Below are positions 46,342 through 53,878 of a stretch of DNA of 53,878 nt, piece after piece (position 1 is the first letter of the stretch; each line of letters begins with the position of its first letter). Position numbers and translations under genes: made by a program. This DNA comes from a virus (taxonomy: Duplodnaviria > Caudoviricetes). The stretch lies in the IMG/VR virus record IMGVR_UViG_3300049172_000115, positions 1-53,878 of that record. One strand, written 5' to 3'. Below the pieces are notes generated by a model. It saw only the letters and a program-made list of their open reading frames with translations, ran no database searches and was not told the DNA's origin.

Positions 46342-47690
46342 CGCTCGTCCTTACCGTGCTTCGTCTTCCACAGCTCCAGGGCGCCGGCGAGGTCGTACTC
46401 GCCGAGGGGGCCGCCGTACTGGAGCTGGTAGCGGTGGATCCCGTCGCCCGGGTCCTTGGGGGTAGCCTCGGTGCGCTTCTGCAGCTTCACGCCTGGGATG
46501 CCCCGGCCGTACTTCGCCGAGTTGGGCCGGTCGGTGAACGCCGTGGTGGCCCAGCCGGTGATCCGCTTCGACAGCGACCGCTGGATGAGGAGCTGCGCCT
46601 CCTTCGTGGAGGCGGCCATCACGATCAGCTTGGCCAGGCGCCGGTAGCGGGTCCACGACACCGGGAAGTCGGACATCAGGTAGGCCGTGTTCGGGTCGAA
46701 CTTCGGCGGCAGGTAGGCGAACGCGCCGATCAGCTTCCCGTCGACCGCGACACCGCAGGCGATGAGCGGGCTGCCGGGCTTGATCGTCTTGGACATGAAC
46801 TGAGATCTGACGGCCGCGAATTGGCCGCCCGTCAGGATGTGGAGGCTCATCCGGTCGCCGAGGACGTCGTCCTTGCCGATCTTCGGCATCGGGATCGGCT
46901 CGACGGGCTGGCGGGGACGGACGATACGGCGGGGGCCGGAGGCGGCGTACACGTAGATCGGCAGGCCGCGGTTCGCGGTCTGGACGACGCCGGCGAGCCG
47001 GTGGCGCAGCTCCGGGCGTTCGATGTGCAGGCCGAGGACCCAGTTGGGCCGGTCCTGGACCTGCTCGATGATGCGTTCCTTGCCGTCCTCGGTCAGCTCG
47101 TCGAAGCTGGGCGGGGGCCAGTCGAACGCGGCGTCGATGCTGGCGAACTGCGCTTGGTAGTCGGCCGCGTAGAACGGCGGGAACATGACGACGGGCGCTT
47201 CGGGCGGGACCTGGTCGAGGTAGTCGCGGACGTCGCCGGCGAAGAACGAGCCGAGGCGGGTCTCCAGGGTCTTCAGCTTCGTGGCCGTCTTCTCGTGCAT
47301 GCGCGGCCACTGGTCGCGGGTGGCGGCCATCATCCGCCGGTAGTAGACGCCTTCCTTGCCGACGTACTGGAGGAAGCGTGTGCCGAGCATGAGGGTGGCG
47401 AGCAGGTCGGTGCGGTCTTCGAGGTAGGGGCGTAGCCAGCCCAGTTCCTCTTCGTGGTCCTCGCGGAGCGTGAACGGCAGCGGGTCGCCGGCCAGGTACC
47501 AGCCCAGGGCGCACGAGTACGCCTGGATGTCGTTGCCGTGGACCGGCCGGGAGTTCCCGAACCGCGAGTGCAGCACCCGCTCGATGGTGAAGTTGCCGGA
47601 GCAGCCGACGTAGATGTCGCTCTCCGGCCAGGCGCCCGCGTGCTCGTAGATGATCGAGCGGAGGGGCGCGGGAATCGATCCGTGGAACAT
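46338..47690 (-). CDS. adenine-methylase-fold / GNAT(Mom)-like fusion, putative DNA modification enzyme
   Basis: YVGCSGNF, NDI, GDVRDY, FPPFY (Dam-like motifs, motif IV altered); C-terminal VAVDGKLIGAFAY...RRLAKLIV...TTAFT GNAT-like topology. Confidence 0.65.
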   Translation of the reverse strand: MFHGSIPAPLRSIIYEHAGAWPESDIYVGCSGNFTIERVLHSRFGNSRPVHGNDIQAYSCALGWYLAGDPLPFTLREDHEEELGWLRPYLEDRTDLLATLMLGTRFLQYVGKEGVYYRRMMAATRDQWPRMHEKTATKLKTLETRLGSFFAGDVRDYLDQVPPEAPVVMFPPFYAADYQAQFASIDAAFDWPPPSFDELTEDGKERIIEQVQDRPNWVLGLHIERPELRHRLAGVVQTANRGLPIYVYAASGPRRIVRPRQPVEPIPMPKIGKDDVLGDRMSLHILTGGQFAAVRSQFMSKTIKPGSPLIACGVAVDGKLIGAFAYLPPKFDPNTAYLMSDFPVSWTRYRRLAKLIVMAASTKEAQLLIQRSLSKRITGWATTAFTDRPNSAKYGRGIPGVKLQKRTEATPKDPGDGIHRYQLQYGGPLGEYDLAGALELWKTKHGKDER

Positions 47691-47802
47691 CGACGTGACT
47701 CCCTGGTGTCAGCGGGAGGGGCTCTTGAACGGAGCGGGGATGGTAGCCGACCTGACGGGCCGTCCCCCGGTCGTCGGTGCAGGCCAGAGGCCCGGGAATG
47801 AC

Positions 47803-47835
47803 CGAAGCCCCCGGGGGTGACACCCGGGGGCTTCG
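47803..47835 (-). terminator. 13-bp hairpin just downstream of the tRNA
   Basis: cgaagcccccggg-N7-cccgggggcttcg. Confidence 0.7.
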
Positions 47836-47840
47836 AGGAG

Positions 47841-47914
47841 TGGAGCGCCAGCCTGGATTTGAACCAGGACCTCCCACCGGGAAGGTGGGTGTGCTGCTGT
47901 TGCACTACTGACGC
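47841..47914 (-). tRNA. tRNA-Gly(TCC), atypical, CCA encoded
   Basis: GCGTCAG TA GTGC AACAGCA GCAC A CCCAC CT-TCC-CG GTGGG AGGT CCTGG TTCAAAT CCAGG CTGGCGC T CCA; all four stems pair. Confidence 0.92.
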
Positions 47915-47960
47915 GCGGGTCGGCTGCGCCGCTGCTCAGGACAACCGGCCACGGATACGG

Positions 47961-47970
47961 ATGATACACA
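47961..47970 (-). promoter_or_regulatory. extended -10 promoter for the tRNA
   Basis: TGTG-TATCAT about 46 nt upstream of the tRNA 5' end. Confidence 0.5.
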
Positions 47971-47982
47971 CACGCTGAGTGG

Positions 47983-48127
47983 TCACCCCTGCCAGCAGGT
48001 GACCGCTGTGACCTCGGGCGATGTCTCCGCCTCGGCGATGATGTCCGCCATCGACAGGTCGTTCTTGAGCGGGTACCTCGGGCTCGAAGCCCGGCAGGGC
48101 GAGTTCGAGTTGTCCACTGCTGACCAT
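47983..48127 (-). pseudogene. small, possibly frameshifted ORF
   Basis: GAGAGG RBS, MVSSGQLELALPGFEPEV; high-GC3 coding then appears to continue in another frame (LKNDLSMADIIAEAE...CWQG*). Confidence 0.3.
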
Positions 48128-48314
48128 GCGAGCAGCCTCTCTTGGGGGGTGGGAAGGGTAGGGAATCCGGCGGCTGTCGGGGCGCGAGCGAGGCTATGGC
48201 CGCCTTGTTGCCGCCACTTGGGGGGTGGTGAGCTGGGCCCGATGAAGGGCTTAGATCCGCGTGTGGGGCCGTGGCCGGCGGTCCGGTCACGGCCCCACTG
48301 GGCGCCGATAGTGG

Positions 48315-48833
48315 CTACGGGCTGGGCGACTTCGGGCACGTCGTCCACGCCTGTGGTGCGGCCTCGCGGGCGTGGTCCACGGCGTCGGGCTCGTTCTCGT
48401 GGTAGCCCGCAGCGTCGGGCTTGCAGCCGCACCGGGCGTGGATCACGGCCGCGACCTGGTCGCCGTCGTCCTTGAGCTCCACCACGTACGGGGGCACGGG
48501 CTCCAGCCGCAGGTTCGCGCGCTGCTCTGCGTTGTTGGCCGCAGCGGCTCGGCGAGTACGGCCGATGTAGTCGAACGTCCAGCCGATCGCGTCCCGGCGG
48601 CGGGAGCCGGTTCCCCACACCTTTCGCGGGCCGTTGACGTCCCGGGCCTCCCAGCCCTCGTGGACGCGGTAGACGGCCACTTCCCAGTCGGTGACGTCGA
48701 GGTGGGCCGGGGTGTCCTCGGGGAACGAGCCGGGGACGGTGAACAGGTAGCCGATGGGGCCGAACATGGACGGCCGGGGGAAGCGGTCGGGGCCGTATGG
48801 GGTCAACTGGATCTGATCAGCGCTGACGCTCAT
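48315..48833 (-). CDS. hypothetical phage protein
   Basis: 172-aa ORF, GAGAGG RBS, high GC3. Confidence 0.75.
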   Translation of the reverse strand: MSVSADQIQLTPYGPDRFPRPSMFGPIGYLFTVPGSFPEDTPAHLDVTDWEVAVYRVHEGWEARDVNGPRKVWGTGSRRRDAIGWTFDYIGRTRRAAAANNAEQRANLRLEPVPPYVVELKDDGDQVAAVIHARCGCKPDAAGYHENEPDAVDHAREAAPQAWTTCPKSPSP

Positions 48834-48917
48834 TGTGGGGTTGCCTCTCCGTGTCGGGTGGTGGTCGGAGGGGAGCGCCGGGCGGGCCAGTGCGGGGCCC
48901 GCCCGGCGCCGACCGGG

Positions 48918-49862
48918 TCAGAACGGGGCGGGGCAGTCCGTGCAGTTGGCCGTGGGGTAGCAGGGCCGGTGCGGGGCCGCTGTGTCTCCGCAGTGGACGC
49001 AGTCGGTCGTGTGGTGCCAGTGGCCGGTGAGCACGGCCAGGGCCTCGTTGAGGGAAGCGGCGCCGATCATGCGGATGCCGTTGACGGCGTCGACTCCGCT
49101 TCCTCCGGCCTTGGAGGGCACCAGGACGGTCGTGGTGCCGGTCTCAGCGAGCGCTTCCATGACGAACGTGAGGCCGGGCGGGACGCGGAGCGCTCCGTCG
49201 AGGCCGAGTTCGCCGACCAGCGTGACGCCGGCCAGGCATTCGGCGGGGATCTCGCCGGCGGCGGCCAGGGCGGTGCAGGCGATCGCGAGGTCGAGGCCGC
49301 TGCTGCGGCCCTTGGCGCCCTCGCTGACCGGCGTGACCTGGACGAGCATGTTCACCTTCGGCCAGGCCAGGCCGCTGTTGGAGATTCCGGCGCGCACACG
49401 GTCGCGGGTCTCGACGTGCCCCCAGTCGGGCAGCCCGTCCACCTGGAAGCACGGCAGGCCGGGGACGCTGCTCGCCTTCACCCGGTAGCCGCTGGAGAGG
49501 GCCGCGCCCAGGGCTTCGGCCGTGCCGAACGGCTCGTCCTCGGCGGCCGGCTCGGGCTGGGGGTCGCCCCCCTCGTAGTTCTCCAACTGGCTGTCCGGGC
49601 TGAGCCCGTACGAGCCGATGCCCGACTGTTTCCGCAGCTCGTTCACGAGCTGGTCGACGGCCGCGCGGGCGCTGGTGGCGTGCTCGAGGTGGACTGACCC
49701 CAGGGCGTCCATGGCGTCGACGCCGATCTCCTCGAGGACGGTGGCGCGCTGGGTGGGGTCGGTCGGGGCCGCGGCGACGTCCCACAGGGTGAAGCCGGTG
49801 CCGGCGTCCTGGCCGACGATGATGAACTCGCGGGTCGCGGTGACGCTCTCGGTGGTGCTCAT
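48918..49862 (-). CDS. protein with ComM/YifB N-terminal (ChlI/Lon-like) domain, no AAA+ domain
   Basis: GLPCFQVDGLPD...ETRDRVRAGISNSG..WP...SGLDLAIA...GELGLDGALR. Confidence 0.8.
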   Translation of the reverse strand: MSTTESVTATREFIIVGQDAGTGFTLWDVAAAPTDPTQRATVLEEIGVDAMDALGSVHLEHATSARAAVDQLVNELRKQSGIGSYGLSPDSQLENYEGGDPQPEPAAEDEPFGTAEALGAALSSGYRVKASSVPGLPCFQVDGLPDWGHVETRDRVRAGISNSGLAWPKVNMLVQVTPVSEGAKGRSSGLDLAIACTALAAAGEIPAECLAGVTLVGELGLDGALRVPPGLTFVMEALAETGTTTVLVPSKAGGSGVDAVNGIRMIGAASLNEALAVLTGHWHHTTDCVHCGDTAAPHRPCYPTANCTDCPAPF

Positions 49863-49897
49863 GCTGGACGTGTCCTTCCGTGTCGGGTGGAGCCGGT

Positions 49898-50383
49898 TCA
49901 CTGGTTGCCGAAGTGCTCAGCGAGGGTGGAGAGCTGTTCGACCTGGGCGGCGCTGAGGACGTCGTTGTCGTCGCCGTACTCGCCGTACAGCTCGACTCCG
50001 GCGCGCAGCGCGCCGAGCAGGTCGAGCGGGGCGAGGACGCTCAGCGGGCCGGTCAGCGGGTTCTCGGCCGGGATCTCGCGCTGGACGGTGACCAGTTCGC
50101 GGCAGCGGAAGAAGTGCAGCCGGCTGTCGATCTCGACCGCGGTCGACGTCTCCTCGTGGACGTAGCGGACGGCGGTCCAGCTCGGGGAACACCAGGAGAC
50201 CTTGGCGTCGATCAGGATCGTCATCCAGTGGTCGTCACCGAACTGTGCGGCCGGGTCGTCATCGTCGTTCCAGACGTCGAGGACCTCTCGCCAAACGCCG
50301 TCGATCAGGACGGTGTCGTTGTCGGCGAGGTCGACCGCGCGGATGCTGTCGGTCGTCCAAGTGGATCGGATGGGTGTGCTCAC
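49898..50383 (-). CDS. hypothetical phage protein
   Basis: 161-aa ORF, GGAGG RBS. Confidence 0.75.
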   Translation of the reverse strand: MSTPIRSTWTTDSIRAVDLADNDTVLIDGVWREVLDVWNDDDDPAAQFGDDHWMTILIDAKVSWCSPSWTAVRYVHEETSTAVEIDSRLHFFRCRELVTVQREIPAENPLTGPLSVLAPLDLLGALRAGVELYGEYGDDNDVLSAAQVEQLSTLAEHFGNQ

Positions 50384-50514
50384 GCGTTCCTCCAGTGATC
50401 TGAGGGGGGTACGGTGGGCCTCACGCGCCTGGTCGGGTTGTGAGGCCCTTCGGTGCTGGGCGTTGGCGGCCGGTGGGATTCCCAGTGCTTTCGCGCCCCA
50501 CCGGCCGCGCCGAG

Positions 50515-50760
50515 CTAGCAGACCTTCGAGTAGGTGCAGCTCTGGGTGGTCCGGCCGTTCTGGTTCCAGCGGACGGTGACCTCGGCCGGGTCGGTCTGCT
50601 CGACCTCTCCCTTGCCGGCCGTCAGCTCGCGTTGGATCGCCTCGCGGAGCGCGAAGCCGGACGTGATGCCTTCGGTGATCTCCTGTGGCTTGCCGGGCTG
50701 CTCGGTCACCTGCAGCTGGTAGTAGGTGGCGTGGTCGTCGATTCGGATCGAGTCGCGCAT
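50515..50760 (-). CDS. hypothetical phage protein
   Basis: ATG 50760 with GGAGG RBS. Confidence 0.7.
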   Translation of the reverse strand: MRDSIRIDDHATYYQLQVTEQPGKPQEITEGITSGFALREAIQRELTAGKGEVEQTDPAEVTVRWNQNGRTTQSCTYSKVC

Positions 50761-50794
50761 GGTGGCCTCCGGGGTGGTCGGTGGGTGGTGAGTG

Positions 50795-50850
50795 GATCTA
50801 CTTCCATCATTTCCCAAGTCGCTTTTCCTAAACTGATTTGGGTAATGAAT
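50795..50850 (-). promoter_or_regulatory. AT-rich promoter/operator with inverted repeat
   Basis: CATTTCCCAA-N20-TTGGGTAATG within the most AT-rich stretch I noticed. Confidence 0.5.
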
Positions 50851-50883
50851 CGCTGGAGATCTTCGCAGGTCACACGGCCAGGC

Positions 50884-52776
50884 TCATGCGCTCCGGTCGG
50901 CGTAGCGGTCGATCTCCTCGCCGGTGATGCACTCGACCAGCGCACACAGCAGCACCTCCGCCGCCGGGGGCGTGACTGCGTTCCCGTACTGGCGGACCTG
51001 GTCCCGCTTCGACCCGAGCACCCGGTAGTTGTCGGCGAAGGCCATCGCCCGGCCGATCTCGTGAGGCTGGAGCATCCTGAACAGAACCTTCGAGAGGTCG
51101 TACTCGCCTTCCGCGTTCAGCAGCGCGTACCGGTCCCGGGTGGGCAGGGTGCCGATAGGCTCGGACGTCGGCCGCGCCTGCCCGTTGCCGTAGTACGGGA
51201 CCAGGAGCCCGTCCCCGGGGGTGATCAGCGACTGGTGGCCGGTCGTCGTCATGGTGCGGAGCGGCTCGTCGACGCCTGTGCACATCTGCGCGGGGTTGCC
51301 CCTGGGGGTGTTGTTCCGCATGACCAGCGGGGTGGGCGACGTGATCAGGCCGTGGTGGTTGCCTCCGGCTGAGACGGTGTGGAGCGGCTGACTGATGTCC
51401 CGGGCCTTCTCCTTGTCGCCGCCGCCTCGCATGGGCACCACGAACGGGGCGTAGGCGATCGCCGTTTCCGCTCGAGCGGTCTGCGTGCGCAGTGGGTCTT
51501 CCAGCCGCATTGCCTTCTTCCCGTCGCGGCCCTCGCACGGGATCAGCAGGGGCGGGACCACGAGCGCGTCGCTCTCGACCGTCGTCCGGGTCGGCATCGG
51601 GGTGTCGACACTGGTCCCGCCCCTGCGCCACGTGCCTCCGGTGGGGACGAGGAGCGGAGCCATCCGGCCCGCTTCCTCCGCGTCGCCGAACAGCGACCCC
51701 TGGCCGTCGACGTCGAGGAGGCCGCCGGGCTGCGGCCAGTAGCGGGCGACGCCCGCGCGGATGCGCGCCATCGTCGCCGGGGCCAGGCCCTCGGGGCAGT
51801 CCTTGCTCTTGGGCCGGCTGCCGATCGGTGTCCCCTTGATCGACCAGTCGATCGCCGCGGCGGCCGGGAGCGTCTCGGGCTCGACGAGCGCGCGGCACGT
51901 CGCTCGGGGGCACCTGTAGTCGTAGCTGCTGCGGTAGCGGCCCATGTCCTTGCCGGGCTGGCGGAAGACCTGCAGTGCGGCCACGACTTCGCCGCAGTCC
52001 GAGCACCAGGCCCTCGGCCGCAGCCACTTGTCCCAGTCCGGGGTGCGGCCGAGGCTCTTGTGCCAGTAGGCGACGTACAGCCGGTCACGGGACTGCGGCG
52101 CCCGGTGTACCGACCTCGGGTCGGCATGCATGCTGTTCAGGGCGATGACCCGCGTGCGGTAGCCCATCTTGTGGAACTCGCCCAGCCAGCTGTCCCATTC
52201 GCCCCACGCGCGGACGTCGATCACGTTCTCGACCACGCCGGCCTTGACCAGGCCACCGCGCTCGATGACACCTCGGAGGTAGAGCGGGATCTCCTCCATG
52301 AGGGCGCGCGACGCCTCTTCTTCCTCGGTCGGGCCGTTGTCCTCTTCGTCGCCCGTCTTGAACTTCGACTCCTCCATGTCCGCGTACAGGTCGAGGAGGT
52401 CGCCCTGCACGGCCTTGGCGAAGCTGCGCTTCTTCCCCTTGGCGATGGACCAGTTCGTGCACTCTGGCGAGCCCCAGTGGATGTCTGCGATCGGCCAGGC
52501 CCAGACGGGAGCCTTGCGGATGTCGCCCATGTAGTGCGCGACGCCCGGGAAGTTCATGGCGTGGGACTTGAGTGCCTGCTTCCAGTGGTTCGCCGCGAGG
52601 TACACGCGCAGGCCCGGCACCGCTTCTGCGGCCTGGGAGCTGCCGCCCGCGCCGCAGAACCAGTCCATGACGCTGAGGTCGCCGCTGTCGTGTTTGAAGA
52701 AGCGCACGCGGCTGGGGGCCTTGGCCGCTTCGGAGGCTGCCGCCCAGGAGCGGGAAGTGGAGTCGATGTAAGGCAC
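50884..52776 (-). CDS. DNA (cytosine-5) methyltransferase
   Basis: DWFCGAGG (I), SPECT (IV), ENV (VI), PQSRDR (VIII), QYGNAV (X). Confidence 0.95.
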   Translation of the reverse strand: MPYIDSTSRSWAAASEAAKAPSRVRFFKHDSGDLSVMDWFCGAGGSSQAAEAVPGLRVYLAANHWKQALKSHAMNFPGVAHYMGDIRKAPVWAWPIADIHWGSPECTNWSIAKGKKRSFAKAVQGDLLDLYADMEESKFKTGDEEDNGPTEEEEASRALMEEIPLYLRGVIERGGLVKAGVVENVIDVRAWGEWDSWLGEFHKMGYRTRVIALNSMHADPRSVHRAPQSRDRLYVAYWHKSLGRTPDWDKWLRPRAWCSDCGEVVAALQVFRQPGKDMGRYRSSYDYRCPRATCRALVEPETLPAAAAIDWSIKGTPIGSRPKSKDCPEGLAPATMARIRAGVARYWPQPGGLLDVDGQGSLFGDAEEAGRMAPLLVPTGGTWRRGGTSVDTPMPTRTTVESDALVVPPLLIPCEGRDGKKAMRLEDPLRTQTARAETAIAYAPFVVPMRGGGDKEKARDISQPLHTVSAGGNHHGLITSPTPLVMRNNTPRGNPAQMCTGVDEPLRTMTTTGHQSLITPGDGLLVPYYGNGQARPTSEPIGTLPTRDRYALLNAEGEYDLSKVLFRMLQPHEIGRAMAFADNYRVLGSKRDQVRQYGNAVTPPAAEVLLCALVECITGEEIDRYADRSA

Positions 52777-52917
52777 TGCGGTCTCCTCGTGAGGCTGGTC
52801 GGTTGCTGGTGGAGCGAGCGGGGATTCCCGCCCCCGCTCGCTCCACCGAAAGGGGCGTCGTGGGTAGTCACTAGGGCCGGTGCCTGGCCGTCCGGCCGCT
52901 ACCGGGCTCGAGCGGTG

Positions 52918-53346
52918 TCAGGCGGTGCGCTGCCCGGGGAAGGGGGGCGCCGGCTGCCGCTTCACCTGGAACGGGATCACCGGGTTCAGGTGGTCGTCGA
53001 GCGCGTACCAGCACCAGTCGAATCCGCCGACGGCGTACCGGCCGTCGCTGTTGGGCTGGAGGACTTCCGTCCCCTGCTCGATCCGGTCGGCGTTGAGCGC
53101 GAGGTACATCCAGCAGATGACGAGGACGACCGCGCGGGGCCTTCCGTCGACGTCGCCGGCGTAGACGTGGACGGTGTCCACGGAGCCGTGCCCGTGCCGG
53201 GCGGCCTCGGCCTGGGTGTCGGCCGCAATCCGCTGGACGGTCTCCAGGTCGAACCAGGGCTTCACGAAACCGTCGTGCTGGTCGTCGGGGTCGATCCAAG
53301 CCGGGTAGCGGTGCCGGTCGTTGCAGCTGACGAGAACTTCGATCAT
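52918..53346 (-). CDS. hypothetical phage protein
   Basis: ATG 53346 with AGGAG RBS; PWFDLETV...YAVGGFDWCW. Confidence 0.75.
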   Translation of the reverse strand: MIEVLVSCNDRHRYPAWIDPDDQHDGFVKPWFDLETVQRIAADTQAEAARHGHGSVDTVHVYAGDVDGRPRAVVLVICWMYLALNADRIEQGTEVLQPNSDGRYAVGGFDWCWYALDDHLNPVIPFQVKRQPAPPFPGQRTA

Positions 53347-53447
53347 GGGTCTCTCCTGTGAGGTTGTTCCGGCTTCCGTGCTTGGGTCGGCCCCGGGGCG
53401 GGCGGGGATTCCCGCCCTCGCCCGTCCCGGGGCCAGGTGAGGCGTGG

Positions 53448-53878
53448 TCAGTCGAGCGGCAGGGCGGCGGCCTTGATGAGGTCCAGCCGGTACGCGGGCC
53501 GGCCGTGGCGGTCGTCCAGTTCGGTGCACAGCGGGTGCCAGACGTCCCGCGTGCGGTCGTTCAGGTAGGGCGCCCACTCGTTCATGTCGTAGACGCCCAT
53601 CGCGGCGTCCTCGACGCCGGGGGTGGACGAGAACAGGCGCTCCTCGCCGGAAGTCGTCCAGTACCGGCCGGTGGCGTACAGGGAGCTGTCGGCGCTCTCA
53701 ACGAGCTCGAGGTGCGCGGCGTCGAACGGTGCGCTGTGGTCGTTGTTCGCCAGGATGTCGCGGACGGCCGCGGCGGTGACGACGGCCAGCACGCGGCCGA
53801 GCCGGTCGGCGGCCTTCTGTTCGGCGTCGAGCGCGTCGGTCACCGCGGCGGCGATCGCCCTGCCTTCGGGGAGGGGGT
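53448..53878 (-). CDS. hypothetical phage protein (5' end probably outside window)
   Basis: Frame open to the window edge, high GC3. Confidence 0.65.
   Translation of the reverse strand, partial: PLPEGRAIAAAVTDALDAEQKAADRLGRVLAVVTAAAVRDILANNDHSAPFDAAHLELVESADSSLYATGRYWTTSGEERLFSSTPGVEDAAMGVYDMNEWAPYLNDRTRDVWHPLCTELDDRHGRPAYRLDLIKAAALPLD

Larger units (their letters stand above)
6085..53878 (-). mobile_element. siphovirus-type prophage (ends not defined; continues to the right)
   Basis: Co-oriented terminase, portal, protease, capsid, tail, tape measure and lysis genes. Confidence 0.95.

Noticed and set aside
47841-47914. tRNA as the prophage integration site
   Set aside because: Phage-like co-oriented genes lie on both sides, no integrase is adjacent, and no duplicate of its 3' end was seen in the window.

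Overview
High-GC actinobacterial DNA, most likely Streptomyces. Most of it (about 6.0-53.9 kb, minus strand) is a siphovirus-type prophage, continuing past the right edge. No integrase or att site is visible. In transcription order (right to left) it carries early hypothetical genes, a C5 cytosine methyltransferase, a ComM-N-domain protein, an atypical tRNA-Gly(TCC), a Dam-like/GNAT fusion, a ParB-like protein and the terminases. These are followed by a PIN moron, the portal, a MuF-2H-phosphoesterase-protease polyprotein, two capsid genes and two ~1,360-aa Cys-rich modular repeat proteins. An IS5-family element, the tail genes (with a Stealth-like transferase among them) and the lysis cassette complete it. 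The left 6 kb is an accessory XRE/flavoprotein/DUF6415/DUF397/JmjC cluster. Three candidate new systems stand out: (1) a tRNA-Gly with non-proteinogenic-looking features just upstream of a methylase-fold/Mom-like GNAT gene, ParB and terminase, suggesting DNA hypermodification with a dedicated donor tRNA; (2) a 21-nt leader motif found six times between a -10 box and an RBS-sequestering hairpin ahead of virion genes; (3) 'pegboard' virion proteins that carry variable lectin-like domains inside a Cys-rich repeat. All family calls come from motif recognition by eye; no searches were run.
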